From a virus (taxonomy: Duplodnaviria; Caudoviricetes): 55,777 nucleotides of DNA. The translations under genes were made by a program, and so were the position numbers. The notes beneath the pieces were generated by a model. The model did no database searches and had not been told where the DNA came from. It was given only the letters and a program-made list of their open reading frames with translations. The DNA is taken from positions 1 to 55,777 of IMG/VR virus record IMGVR_UViG_3300025280_000039. One strand, 5' to 3'. This document shows positions 26,763 to 36,836 of this stretch, in pieces (position 1 is the first letter of the stretch; each line of letters begins with the position of its first letter).

Positions 26763-29032
26763 TACCTTCTCCCATCCGGGCGTATATCAAGCCTGGTTTC
26801 GCCCAACGTCCAAGCCGTAGTCGTGCTGGCGCTGGATATCCTTAAAACCGCCGTTCGACCACGGGCGCGTACGTCGGCCTTTGTAGTCGCGGCCAGCACG
26901 GAGGCCGTCGCCTCGGTAACCGCTGTGCTGCTGGGGAAGTCCCGGGTTTTAAGGATGTAACTGACTTCCGCATCCGTCCCGGAGAGCTCTATGTCCGGAA
27001 TAATCTTGCTTACGAACATGAAGTTGTTGCCGTCTTGAAGGTCAAAGTCAGAGGACTCTATATAAGAGGTCATGGCTGAGCCGTCATCGCTCTCGGCATT
27101 CTCGTGAATGAATACAAACGAGGTCTCGCTGACAAGCCCAGCTCCTCTCGGCTTTTGGTGGATACCGGCATCAACCCAGGCGGTTCTGGCCAAAGTACCT
27201 ATGTCCCAGGTTCCTTCGGTGTAGTTGAACTTGACGTACCGGTCTATCTCGGTAGCCGAGGAGGACACATAGAAAAAGAAGATCTCGTCAAACAAGCGAT
27301 TGGGAGCAGCAAAGAATTTTCTGGCCTGCTCGAGGTTAATGTCATCGAACACGTACCGTAGGACGGTGCACGAAAGCGTCTGCAAACGCCCCGTGTAGGC
27401 GTAAAAGTTCTCCAAGTCCATCCAGAAAACCTTGTCGCCGATGCTCGCAATGGCGTTGGGGGACAGCACTGATACGTTGTTGGAAATCATAGCGAAACCA
27501 AACGTAAAAGGTGGACCCACAAACCGCATGGAGTACAAAGACGTGTCGGTGAGAATCAAGGTTTCCTGCCGAGTTCTAATCCCGGCAATAATCTCAGACC
27601 CTGCGGAAATACGCTGGCTGCCAGCGGTGTTGGTGGCCGTAGGCGTCCAGTCAAAAGGTGATTCCTGGTCGGACCAGCGAACCATCATCAAATCCTGAGC
27701 AGTTTCCGAAATGGGGTTGCACCCTAAGCAGATGATATGGCGGTCTACGCTGGAAACCAGAATCTGCCTGGTAAGGGTTGGAGCATCCGAGGCCCCGGTT
27801 TGGGAGGCAAAAGTAGTGGCTCTGGTGTTAAGGCCCAGGGTTTTGTCCCAGTAATAAGGAGTGCTGTCGGCGACGCAGAAAATCAGGTCTTCTCCCCAGT
27901 TGTCCTGGGGCCAAAGTCTTAGAATATCGGTGATATTAACAGCTGACGCACCGCCAAAAGTGACAAAAGAATTAGCTTCCTTCACAGCATCACCATCACT
28001 GTGGGCCACTGCGGTCGTGCCTCTTACCCCCCTTACAACACCAGCATCCAGAGTCTGGCTGGTTTTTCCGGTGTATTGGATAAGCTCCTGGTCAATTAAA
28101 ATCAGCCCAATGAAGGTTACACTCGCACTACTGCTATGCGCGGCTGCGGTTGTGCCATCCGCTCCCCTACTTAAATCATTTAAGACATTCCCTGATTTGC
28201 TGGCATAGCCAATGTTTTCGCTTCCTATCTTTATGGTCCCTATGTCAGGGAGCCCGGAAGCGTCCGCCAGGGTTATAGCCCCTGTTTCATCTATAGCCAC
28301 ATTAGCGGAAATTGACGTGGAAGCCGTTTCAAACAGAGCCGCACTTGTCAGAATTATCGACGTAGCCGAATCGGAAATGTCCCCGTTCAGCGTGGTTTCT
28401 GAAAAAGATGTCGTTACGCCGCCAAAAAGACTTGCCCCAAAGCCTGTTCCACTGGAGGCCGTCACCAGACCGATGCTCAACTGATATTTGGCTACGGTGC
28501 TGCCACCACCGGTACCGGTGTCAGATGCGTTGGCTGTAGCGGTTGCCGTAATCGTATAGGTGTTGGACGTTGGAACCGTCTGAATCTCGTATTCCTGGTT
28601 CAACACTGCTGCCGTGATATTGCCTCCCAGGGAGGCCGCACTGTTATAAGTTACGAAATCCCCGGCGATGGCTCCATGAGAAGCATCCGTAACCGTCAGG
28701 GTCGCAGAGCCATTGGTCGCGGCAAAAGTCGCGGTTCCCGTGGTTGTGGAACGCAAAGGTGTAATGTCGTTATAAGACCCGCCTTCCTCTACATAAAACT
28801 TGGAGTCAGTGCCAACGCCCATGAATTTGGAGGCATCGAGAGCCGACCATGCGAACAAAGACCTGACGGTCCCTTCAATGGTACCGCTGCTAAGCTTGGT
28901 CCAGCCGCCGATTTTCTCCGGTCGACCTTTCCTGAACCGTATCAAGTCGGAGTCGTACCAACCCTGCTCATTGGCATAGGAGGTGCTCTCTCGATTGACA
29001 CCCGGCTTGAAGGAGATTTTAAATAAAGGCAT
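26762..29032 (-). CDS. tail nozzle / packaged-DNA stabilisation protein (tail tubular B or P22 gp10-like)
   Basis: FKPGVNRESTSYANE..WYD...RFRKGRPEKIGGW, VRWSDQE, beta-propeller-like repeats. Confidence 0.7.
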   Translation of the reverse strand: MPLFKISFKPGVNRESTSYANEQGWYDSDLIRFRKGRPEKIGGWTKLSSGTIEGTVRSLFAWSALDASKFMGVGTDSKFYVEEGGSYNDITPLRSTTTGTATFAATNGSATLTVTDASHGAIAGDFVTYNSAASLGGNITAAVLNQEYEIQTVPTSNTYTITATATANASDTGTGGGSTVAKYQLSIGLVTASSGTGFGASLFGGVTTSFSETTLNGDISDSATSIILTSAALFETASTSISANVAIDETGAITLADASGLPDIGTIKIGSENIGYASKSGNVLNDLSRGADGTTAAAHSSSASVTFIGLILIDQELIQYTGKTSQTLDAGVVRGVRGTTAVAHSDGDAVKEANSFVTFGGASAVNITDILRLWPQDNWGEDLIFCVADSTPYYWDKTLGLNTRATTFASQTGASDAPTLTRQILVSSVDRHIICLGCNPISETAQDLMMVRWSDQESPFDWTPTATNTAGSQRISAGSEIIAGIRTRQETLILTDTSLYSMRFVGPPFTFGFAMISNNVSVLSPNAIASIGDKVFWMDLENFYAYTGRLQTLSCTVLRYVFDDINLEQARKFFAAPNRLFDEIFFFYVSSSATEIDRYVKFNYTEGTWDIGTLARTAWVDAGIHQKPRGAGLVSETSFVFIHENAESDDGSAMTSYIESSDFDLQDGNNFMFVSKIIPDIELSGTDAEVSYILKTRDFPSSTAVTEATASVLAATTKADVRARGRTAVLRISSASTTTAWTLGETRLDIRPDGRR

Positions 29033-29034
29033 AT

Positions 29035-29988
29035 CTATTCACGTCCACCTTGCGGGTCCCTGTAAACGCGGGGAGGTGGAAGTCCCTGCACGGCAGGAAG
29101 CCCTAGTCTGTCCCTGATATTCGCCCCCGTAAGGAACTGCTTTCGTCCTTGCCCCTCTTGACGTACCACCCGTGGTACGAATAAGCCTTCCCGTTGGTCA
29201 CCTTTCTCTCCACCAATATTAAATTGTATGCCCCCGATACCTTGTTGCAGTTGCGGTAAAAGCAGATCCCCAGCTCCCTGGTTCTGAGCAAATAAGGCGT
29301 TCTTCATCATTTGCTTTAAGAACTTGCTTTTAGGGTCGACAAACGGACCGCCTCCGCCAGCACCGCCTTCCCGTCGGAGATCGCGTACATCCGGGCGCAT
29401 GTTGAGGAAGTTCTGGTAATCCCAATTAGCTTTCTCCGCCCGTTGTTTAGGGGTTATTTTAGGAGCCATGGCTGCTTGAAGAACCAACAGACCAACCCCC
29501 AACCCAGGCAAAGCTGCCGCAAATGGCGCTGCCGCAGGACCGGCCATCGATAGCGCTCCTGCTGGTCCATACAAACCCCCGGCAAAAGAGGCGGGCATAG
29601 ACCCAAAAGCCGCCCCCGGAAATAGGGGAGCGGCGGGAGAAACCAATCCCAACTTAGTCCCAAGACTGCTTATCCCTCCACTGACCTTGGTACCTATATT
29701 GCTCAGGCCGGAAATAAGAGGATCTAATCCCAGTTTGGAAATAGCCCCGGCAGGTATTTGTGAACCAATAAGATTTAAGCTCGGACCTATAAGAGGATTC
29801 GACTTAACTGTAGGTGCCGGCACGGTGAGTCCCTGCGCCACAGTGGTCCCTTGCGGCACGGTATCTGTCGACCCTTCCTCGAGAAGGGCTAATTGCCCAG
29901 CAGCCTGCTCTGGCGTCAAGCCAAGATTTATAAGATCGGCCTCGGTCACAGGACCACCGGCCTGGTATCTCTGAATGGGTCTAAACAC
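29035..29988 (-). CDS. hypothetical Gly/Pro-rich protein
   Basis: Long ORF in structural operon; probable GTG start overlapping upstream stop. Confidence 0.55.
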   Translation of the reverse strand: MFRPIQRYQAGGPVTEADLINLGLTPEQAAGQLALLEEGSTDTVPQGTTVAQGLTVPAPTVKSNPLIGPSLNLIGSQIPAGAISKLGLDPLISGLSNIGTKVSGGISSLGTKLGLVSPAAPLFPGAAFGSMPASFAGGLYGPAGALSMAGPAAAPFAAALPGLGVGLLVLQAAMAPKITPKQRAEKANWDYQNFLNMRPDVRDLRREGGAGGGGPFVDPKSKFLKQMMKNALFAQNQGAGDLLLPQLQQGIGGIQFNIGGEKGDQREGLFVPRVVRQEGQGRKQFLTGANIRDRLGLPAVQGLPPPRVYRDPQGGRE

Positions 29989-30268
29989 TTTTCGGATACT
30001 TATCTTTAATGGCTTTGATGCTCGCTTTCCATCCATCAAAATCATGATATATCTGGTCGAGCTGTTCCTTCAGTTCAGGATATTCATCTTTTCTTTTGCT
30101 GAAATACTGGAAAGATTCCACCTTCGCCAAAATATCCGCCTTTGAAATCACGTCAGCTTCGTTGTCCCAGGTGATTCTGTCGGGGTCGTTGTCAACGACA
30201 GAGCATCCCGCGTCTGGGTTAATCGCCTTGATGGCTTCAATTACCGAACCTGTCTCTAAATAACTCAT
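29981..30268 (-). CDS. tail fibre assembly chaperone-like protein
   Basis: KRKDEYPELKEQLDQIYHD..GWKASIKAIKDKYPK; directly after tail fibre. Confidence 0.65.
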   Translation of the reverse strand: MSYLETGSVIEAIKAINPDAGCSVVDNDPDRITWDNEADVISKADILAKVESFQYFSKRKDEYPELKEQLDQIYHDFDGWKASIKAIKDKYPKSV

Positions 30269-31869
30269 GCTCCGATCTCCACTAAAACGATTGTTGATTT
30301 ACCCGCCGAACCACTGGAATTTTTTTGAATGTTAATGGTCCCTACCTGATCATATCTCGACATCTGTGTTTTATATGTGGTCGCACTTGTCGTAGATGGA
30401 GAATCCAAAAACGCCGCAAAATGTAACGTGCGCTGATCGTCGGCATCACCAATTTGTATGGTGTCATAAATATTTGTTGTGGCTCTCAGAAGGACCAGTC
30501 TGCCTTCTGACCGGCCAAAATGAGACACACTTTGAGAGACTAAGCATAGGACTTTACTGGATGTGGCAGAGGGGGTAATCGCCGCACTAAGCCCAGTGTC
30601 AACAAGAGTCGTACTGTCTGTGTCGACTTGAGTAGTCGTTGTTCCGGTAACAACCTGTAGTACCTTACCCCCCGCAACACTTGCCCAGGTAGTGCCATCA
30701 GAAGTCAAAACATTGCCGGATGTCGATGGGGCTATCATCTGGGGGGCAGAGGTCCCATTCCCAAGCAACACGGAATTAGCCGTTAGCGTAGATGCTCCAG
30801 TTCCCCCATTGGCTACGCTCAGATCAGTTCCCAAAGTCAACGCGCCAACTATCTCTACGCCCGTTCCACCCGTTGCGATTTTAATAACCGCTGCGTCAGC
30901 GTCATTTTTGATGGTTACGTCGTTGGTCGAGCCCTGCCCGGTTAAAATTAGCCCTTCTGCGGCGGTATATCCCATTGCTGCATTATCTGCCGCAGCCGTA
31001 TCTCCATCAGCATTTACTGTGGAGGCAGTGACATCCCCTACGATATCTACGTTTGTTGCACCAGTCGCAATCGTAATTACATCGGCATCGGCATCGTTTT
31101 TAATCGTTACATCGTTAGTGGACCCTTGGCCGGTGAGGATTAATCCCTCGGCAGAGGTGTAACCAATAGCAGCAGTGTCGCTAGCGGAGGTATCCCCATC
31201 CGGTTTGAATGTCGCGGCGGTAGCATCTCCAACGATATCTACATTTGTCGCGCCCGTTGGAATAACCAGGACAGCCGCATCCGCATCGTTCTTTATTGTG
31301 ATGTCGTTCGTCGATCCCTGCCCGGTCAGAATAAGACCTTCCGCGGCGGTATATCCCATCGTCGCATCATCACCAGCAGCGGTGTCAGCGTTAGCACTTA
31401 CCTTTCCAAAAACAGGATTCAATAAAGCGTTGACAACAGCGGCTCCGCTACCGGCCCCATCACAATACACAATGGCGCTCGCCCCATTAGTGATGGTTAT
31501 ATTTGCCCCACTGCCTTGACTGATGACTACGCTGTAGGGACCGCTGGACCCGGAATCAGTAGTTGAGTTGGTAAAGATAAAGAAAGCCGCAGACGTGTTG
31601 GGGGCCACAGTGACCGTGTTATTTGCACCAAGAGCACCGGTGAATTTAATAACCCGGTACATACCATCTTGAAGGTTTTCTGTGCCTTGGCCCGGGGAGG
31701 CTTCCCTGACTGTTAAGGTATGTGTAGTACCGGAGAGAGCGACTGACCCGTAAGAAGCTATTCGATCAAGAATGTCAAAATTGAAGTTGGTGGTTACCCC
31801 CCAAGTCCCTGACTGTTCTCCAGTAGCTACTTCTTCGAAGCCGAAATTAGTTGTAAATGTGGAAGCCAT
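30265..31869 (-). CDS. tail fibre protein 2
   Basis: N-terminus paralogous to fibre 1; three ~64-aa internal repeats (GYTAAEGLILTGQGSTND); C-terminal GKVLQVV...AAITPSATSSKVL domain. Confidence 0.8.
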   Translation of the reverse strand: MASTFTTNFGFEEVATGEQSGTWGVTTNFNFDILDRIASYGSVALSGTTHTLTVREASPGQGTENLQDGMYRVIKFTGALGANNTVTVAPNTSAAFFIFTNSTTDSGSSGPYSVVISQGSGANITITNGASAIVYCDGAGSGAAVVNALLNPVFGKVSANADTAAGDDATMGYTAAEGLILTGQGSTNDITIKNDADAAVLVIPTGATNVDIVGDATAATFKPDGDTSASDTAAIGYTSAEGLILTGQGSTNDVTIKNDADADVITIATGATNVDIVGDVTASTVNADGDTAAADNAAMGYTAAEGLILTGQGSTNDVTIKNDADAAVIKIATGGTGVEIVGALTLGTDLSVANGGTGASTLTANSVLLGNGTSAPQMIAPSTSGNVLTSDGTTWASVAGGKVLQVVTGTTTTQVDTDSTTLVDTGLSAAITPSATSSKVLCLVSQSVSHFGRSEGRLVLLRATTNIYDTIQIGDADDQRTLHFAAFLDSPSTTSATTYKTQMSRYDQVGTINIQKNSSGSAGKSTIVLVEIGA

Positions 31870-31884
31870 AACTCGTTCCTATAA

Positions 31885-32325
31885 TTATGCGGGCGCTACA
31901 GGCCAAGTAGGATTAGCTGGATCAGGGGTATTGGCAGGCAGATCACGAAGAGCTTGGCGATAAGTTTTCCAATCGCTCGGGATCTCTGTCCCAGCATCGG
32001 AAGCCCTAATAGACACCCAATCAGTATCTTCTAAAAAGTGATTTCTTTCGTCTCTAAGATATTTGAATTGCTGCGCAAGAGTATCTGCTGATTCTTGCGT
32101 AGCACTATATGTAATCGTTTTTGTAGATGGATCAACAACAACATACTTAATATCCCATCCTTTTGCTGGCATCTCCACATAAAAAGAATTGGGTGCTCTT
32201 TTAGCTACTGGTAATTCATTGATTAATCTATTTACAAGAGCCTGTGCGTTTTCTTCTGTATCCACAGTATTACTTCTAGTCACATGAAAAGATTCATCCC
32301 AATCAGCTACAATTAAATATCTCAT
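31885..32325 (-). CDS. phage tail assembly chaperone
   Basis: LRDERNHFLEDTDW...WKTYRQALRDLP...WPVAP; ATG 32325 after AGGAG SD. Confidence 0.8.
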   Translation of the reverse strand: MRYLIVADWDESFHVTRSNTVDTEENAQALVNRLINELPVAKRAPNSFYVEMPAKGWDIKYVVVDPSTKTITYSATQESADTLAQQFKYLRDERNHFLEDTDWVSIRASDAGTEIPSDWKTYRQALRDLPANTPDPANPTWPVAPA

Positions 32326-32338
32326 TTTTCTCTCCTTT

Positions 32339-34300
32339 TTATGCTGAATTCTTGAATCCGTACATATGGATAAAACAATCTCTGAAATCAACTGGATCGG
32401 TGGAGTTATCTACTTCTAATTTAAATTTAACGGCATCTACTACAAAAGTGAGACCGGCTCCTCTACTATTACCTACACCTATGTATCTAAAAGCTTGCCC
32501 CCCACTATTAATAAACCCATCAAAAACTACTTGGGCTTGCGCTAAATATGATGTAGTACCGGGGCACTCAGGATGTTCCATTGTAATTTCCATAGATAGA
32601 TAACGACCAGTGGTTGAATCCAATTGTTGAGCACCGGCCATAGTCAGGCGTATGGCCGAGTCACCATTTGAATATTCAGCATTCTTCCAATTGTCATTTG
32701 CACCACTAACGTCACCCAGCGTTCCAAGCTGCCATATATAATTAGACGAAACATAACTTGATCCATTGTCTTCACTGAACTGCATAAGTAATTTTGAGGC
32801 GGAGTCTGGGGCTATATACAGATGCCATTTATATGCAAAATAAACGGAGTCATCTATCAAAGAAGTAAATGTAACTTCTGAACCAGTTGTAACTACTTGA
32901 CTACCTAACCATACACAGGAACCACCACCACCCGCCGCAGCGCTTGCCCAAGTACTGCCATCAGAAGTCAAAACATTTCCCGATGTCGACGGTGCGATCA
33001 TCTGGAGTGCTGAGGTGCCATTTCCGAGTAATACAGAATTCGCCGTTAAGGTACTTGCCCCCGTCCCTCCATCAGCTACAGGAACATCCGTCCCTCCCGC
33101 TCGATAGATGGCATTACCCTCGACAGTCAAATCTCCCGCACCCGACCTCGCTAGAGTTGTGTCAGTAGCAGCACCAATATTTACTGCTGTAAATTGCGGA
33201 CTATCTCCTGTTCCAACCCCAATCGAGGTCCGTAAGGTAGCTCCTGACTCGGCCACTGGATCAGTGGAACCATCCCCAACGATCATTTGTCCATCACTCA
33301 ATACTGACATCGCCGTAATGGCACCAGTACCTGAGCCCAGCAGGACACCCCCGTCGGTTAATGAGCTTGCCCCCGTTCCCCCATCAGCTACAGGGACGTC
33401 GGTGCCACCGGCTCGATAAATTGCGTTACCTTCTACCGTTAGGTCACCAGCACCTGATCTAGCCAGGGTTGTATCAGTGGCAGCTCCAATGTTCACCGCC
33501 GTGAATTGCGGACTATCTCCTGTTCCAACTCCAATTGAGGTCCGCAGGGTAGCTCCGCTTTCGGCAACGGGATCCGTGGAGCCATCTCCAACAATCATTT
33601 CGGAGTCGGCCAAAACGGCCAAGGCAGTCACCGCTCCGGTTCCCGAGCCCAGCAACACGCCACCATCGGTTAAGCTGGTTGCCCCCGTACCTCCGTTCGC
33701 TACGGGGAGGGTTCCGGTTACTCCTGCCGTCAAACTTACCTGTCCCCACGAGACATCAGTCCCATCCGTCAGCACTACATTGCTTGCCGAACCTACGGCC
33801 AAACGGGCCGTTAAATTGGAGGCATTTCGTACAACGATGTCCCCCCGTGTGGTCAACGGTTCCACAAGGGCTGGGGCAACTACCGCGCCGCTTCCTGCTC
33901 CATCACAATAAACCAGGGCACGAGTGCCACTGGCTAACGTGTAATTAGCTCCGCTGCCTTGGCTAAAAATTAAAGAGAAGCCGCCAGAAGTTCCATCGAT
34001 GAAAACAAAAAAGGCAGTCGTGGTATTAGGCGCTATCGTAATTGTGCAGTTCTGACTTAACGACCCGGTAAACTTAATGACTCTGAACATCCCATCCTGA
34101 AGATTTTCAGTGCCCGATCCGGGGGAAGCTTCTCGAACAGTGAGGGTGGCTGTCGAGGCATCGGACAAGGCAACCGCCTTGTAAGCCGTAATGCGATCGA
34201 GGATGTCAAAATTGAAGTTGGTAGTGGTTCCCCAATCTCCGCTTTGATCACCGGTTGCCATCTCCTCGATGCCAAAATTTGTCGTATACGATGAAGCCAT
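32339..34300 (-). CDS. tail fibre protein 1
   Basis: MASSYTTNFGIEEMATGDQSGDWG; VPVADGGTGA repeats; ~104-aa internal duplication. Confidence 0.8.
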   Translation of the reverse strand: MASSYTTNFGIEEMATGDQSGDWGTTTNFNFDILDRITAYKAVALSDASTATLTVREASPGSGTENLQDGMFRVIKFTGSLSQNCTITIAPNTTTAFFVFIDGTSGGFSLIFSQGSGANYTLASGTRALVYCDGAGSGAVVAPALVEPLTTRGDIVVRNASNLTARLAVGSASNVVLTDGTDVSWGQVSLTAGVTGTLPVANGGTGATSLTDGGVLLGSGTGAVTALAVLADSEMIVGDGSTDPVAESGATLRTSIGVGTGDSPQFTAVNIGAATDTTLARSGAGDLTVEGNAIYRAGGTDVPVADGGTGASSLTDGGVLLGSGTGAITAMSVLSDGQMIVGDGSTDPVAESGATLRTSIGVGTGDSPQFTAVNIGAATDTTLARSGAGDLTVEGNAIYRAGGTDVPVADGGTGASTLTANSVLLGNGTSALQMIAPSTSGNVLTSDGSTWASAAAGGGGSCVWLGSQVVTTGSEVTFTSLIDDSVYFAYKWHLYIAPDSASKLLMQFSEDNGSSYVSSNYIWQLGTLGDVSGANDNWKNAEYSNGDSAIRLTMAGAQQLDSTTGRYLSMEITMEHPECPGTTSYLAQAQVVFDGFINSGGQAFRYIGVGNSRGAGLTFVVDAVKFKLEVDNSTDPVDFRDCFIHMYGFKNSA

Positions 34301-34309
34301 AATCCGTTC

Positions 34310-34645
34310 CTATGCAGCTATTTGTGTCCAATCCGGTGTTTGTGCCGCATCGATCTCGCTAAATCCGGACGTTTGCGAAGCATCAATTATGCCCCAAACA
34401 TTAACCGTACTTATTGCACCTGTGGCAGAAACTCCAGTTACAGTAACTTCAATACTTGGAGTAACGGTTGCGGTTCCAACGGCTCCAGTTGCACTGACAC
34501 CTGTCGGAACTGTAACGGAAGTTCCCGTCGCATCGGCGGTTCCAACAGCCCCAGTTGCACCGACACCGGTAACTTCAACAGGAAGTTGTTGCCCCCACGA
34601 GGAGGACCCCCAAGTACCTCTTCCCCAACCAGTGACACTAGCCAA
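34310..34645 (-). CDS. virion structural protein
   Basis: GWGRGTWGSSSWG and VTGVSATGAVG repeats. Confidence 0.6.
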   Translation of the reverse strand: MASVTGWGRGTWGSSSWGQQLPVEVTGVGATGAVGTADATGTSVTVPTGVSATGAVGTATVTPSIEVTVTGVSATGAISTVNVWGIIDASQTSGFSEIDAAQTPDWTQIAA

Positions 34646-34659
34646 AACACTACTACCCG

Positions 34660-35115
34660 TTAAGCAATTCGAATAATTGCGGTAGAAGCAGCGGCGGCAG
34701 GAAACTGCACAGTGAAAGTGCCTGCCGTACTTGTCTTATTGCCACCAAAATCCAACGCACAAACGGCCTTGTTAGAATCAGTGTCGTTATAAATAAGAGC
34801 CCCGCGAGCCGTTATAGTAGCCGTAGTGTAACTATGGTCAGCAAAATCCGTTATCCCCGTGGTTCCATCAAGACTTGGGTCTATACGGGTAAGTGCCGTT
34901 CCACCTGTAACATACGAGCCACTACTAGCCACTTCTCCCGTAGTAACAAAAACTGTAGTTGCGGCACCAAGAGTAGCTGTCGTACTACTTTTGCCCCCGC
35001 TGCCAATAGCATATAGGGCCAGATTGAAGGTGTCCCCTCCACTCAGTTTGAAGTTATGCACAGCCTCTAGAAGCTCTTTCTTAAAGCTGCTGCACATTGC
35101 GTTAGTTATTGCCAT
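34660..35115 (-). CDS. virion structural protein
   Basis: MAITNAMCSSFKKELL...TITARGALIYN...LDFGGNKTSTAGTFTVQFP. Confidence 0.7.
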   Translation of the reverse strand: MAITNAMCSSFKKELLEAVHNFKLSGGDTFNLALYAIGSGGKSSTTATLGAATTVFVTTGEVASSGSYVTGGTALTRIDPSLDGTTGITDFADHSYTTATITARGALIYNDTDSNKAVCALDFGGNKTSTAGTFTVQFPAAAASTAIIRIA

Positions 35116-35116
35116 T

Positions 35117-35407
35117 TCACAAACTCCTTAAATGATTAGCTAAATCTGAGTGTCCTGATTTTCTCAGCTTATAGCACAACGTAGCCCTATCTTGTTCAAC
35201 TGCCATTTTAATATAAAAATCCAATACTCCTCTAAGACTTGACCTAAAAGCAAAAGCTTGGTCTCTAATAGGAGCCGGAGCCCCCTCAGAAACATTTATC
35301 AGCTTGTTTAACGCCATATCCACCACTTTCTCTAATGGAAAACCTCCATTATCGCTAGTTACAACATCAACCATCCCCGTCTTTGCGGAAGCGTCAATAG
35401 TAAGCAT
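35117..35407 (-). CDS. hypothetical protein
   Basis: APAPIRDQAFAF; coupled in operon. Confidence 0.6.
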   Translation of the reverse strand: MLTIDASAKTGMVDVVTSDNGGFPLEKVVDMALNKLINVSEGAPAPIRDQAFAFRSSLRGVLDFYIKMAVEQDRATLCYKLRKSGHSDLANHLRSL

Positions 35408-36168
35408 TAGGAAACTGCTTCAAAAGGAACAATTTTATCGTTCCTGTCATAAAGCCCTTTAAGTGAATCAACGGGCTCGGGGGGAGAAGCTTCCGACTGT
35501 TTAGTTACCGTAAGCTGGTTGTTTTCTATTTGCATTACCATAGGATCTTCAAGTCTGTGATACCCATATAATCTTTCATTTTCTGGGACATTTGTATCCA
35601 ACAAAGATGAAGAGAAAGCTACTTCAATTTTCATCCCATAATTAACGCAACACGCCAGCCAAAATTCCGTACACGCTCGGCCAGCCTCAGCCATATGAAC
35701 ATCGGTTTTATAGGAGTAATCAATCCCGTAAAGAAATATTTTTTCAACTTCTTGAAACAGGGCAAACGCAATCGCATAAGGAACTGTATTGTTAAAATAA
35801 CAAAGACCCGTCGCCTTCACTATTTCTTCCAAAGGGTACAAAACACACCCTGGCACTCTTTTATCCAGAACACATGTGTAAATTGGTCCTGGATGGATGG
35901 CCAAACATTTTCTAAGGGCTACTGTCTGGTTCCCAGCATTTTCTGTATCTAAAAATCTAGAGGGAGGGTCCATCATAAAAACTCGATCATGCTTTATAGG
36001 AGCCATCATTGAGTTGATAGCCCACACTTCATCATAATCTTTCCCATTGGCTACTGAAGAAGTAAATATCCCTTGAGAGCCCCCTAAACCTACAATCGCT
36101 ACTGAAGAACCTTTTAAAGAAGGGTCCTTAGAAGATATTTTAGGTAACTGGTTTTCTAATGCAGGCAT
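35407..36168 (-). CDS. glycosyltransferase-like protein (sialyltransferase / MptE-like Rossmann fold)
   Basis: VAIVGLGGS...VWAINS...NNTVPYAIAFA...IFLYGIDYSY; start placed at MPALENQ. Confidence 0.55.
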   Translation of the reverse strand: MPALENQLPKISSKDPSLKGSSVAIVGLGGSQGIFTSSVANGKDYDEVWAINSMMAPIKHDRVFMMDPPSRFLDTENAGNQTVALRKCLAIHPGPIYTCVLDKRVPGCVLYPLEEIVKATGLCYFNNTVPYAIAFALFQEVEKIFLYGIDYSYKTDVHMAEAGRACTEFWLACCVNYGMKIEVAFSSSLLDTNVPENERLYGYHRLEDPMVMQIENNQLTVTKQSEASPPEPVDSLKGLYDRNDKIVPFEAVS

Positions 36169-36190
36169 ACCTGTCCCCAAGGTTTTTAAC

Positions 36191-36835
36191 CTAAGCCACA
36201 TCCCTTCTAACACGGTCATACCTGTACTCATCTCTAGTCTGCATACCTTCCCCAAGATTTTTAAGCCATCTGATGGATTCCTGGAAGCGGCTTTCATACG
36301 CAGACAAAATATCCTGTTCCCCTTTCATGAAGATATATGCCTCCACTAAAGCTCCATACAACAAGGCGAGCTCGGCATTGTCCCCAAGCCATGTCGTACC
36401 ACTACTGGCCGCCGTTATGGATTCCGGTCTATAAAAGTAATGCAGCTCGACATTTAAGGCGCTGCTTGGGGTTGGGGCTACAAGCAGAGTTTCATCATTC
36501 CAATCGGCGTAATAAAGAGGGACACCCTCCGTAGCCGGATTGGGTGTGTAATCCTGAGCAAACGTCACTTGCTTATACAGGAGAAACTCATTATTTGAGC
36601 TATTTACAACGCTCAAGGAAAAAGGAGCCAAGAAATCAGTGGGTTTCGTTAAAAATTTATTTGACGCAGTTAAAGAGCCGGCAACATTTTTGCGAAACAC
36701 ATCCAGTTGGCATTCTTTTAGAATTCTCTCTTCTGCGTTTAGAATAAACCTGGTCAATTGACTAACAAACGTAGACTCTGAGTTATCTGTGTAGTCTTCT
36801 ATCGCAGTTTTTAATGTCGTAAATGTAAAGGCCAT
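36191..36835 (-). CDS. head-tail adaptor / tail tubular protein A-like
   Basis: FTTLKTAIEDY...FILNAEERI...LVAPTP...LLYGALVEAY. Confidence 0.7.
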   Translation of the reverse strand: MAFTFTTLKTAIEDYTDNSESTFVSQLTRFILNAEERILKECQLDVFRKNVAGSLTASNKFLTKPTDFLAPFSLSVVNSSNNEFLLYKQVTFAQDYTPNPATEGVPLYYADWNDETLLVAPTPSSALNVELHYFYRPESITAASSGTTWLGDNAELALLYGALVEAYIFMKGEQDILSAYESRFQESIRWLKNLGEGMQTRDEYRYDRVRRDVA

Positions 36836-36836
36836 T

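Noticed and set aside
30265-34300. Diversity-generating retroelement in tail fibre repeats
   Set aside because: No reverse transcriptase in the window; repeats are in-frame and their differences are not visibly adenine-specific
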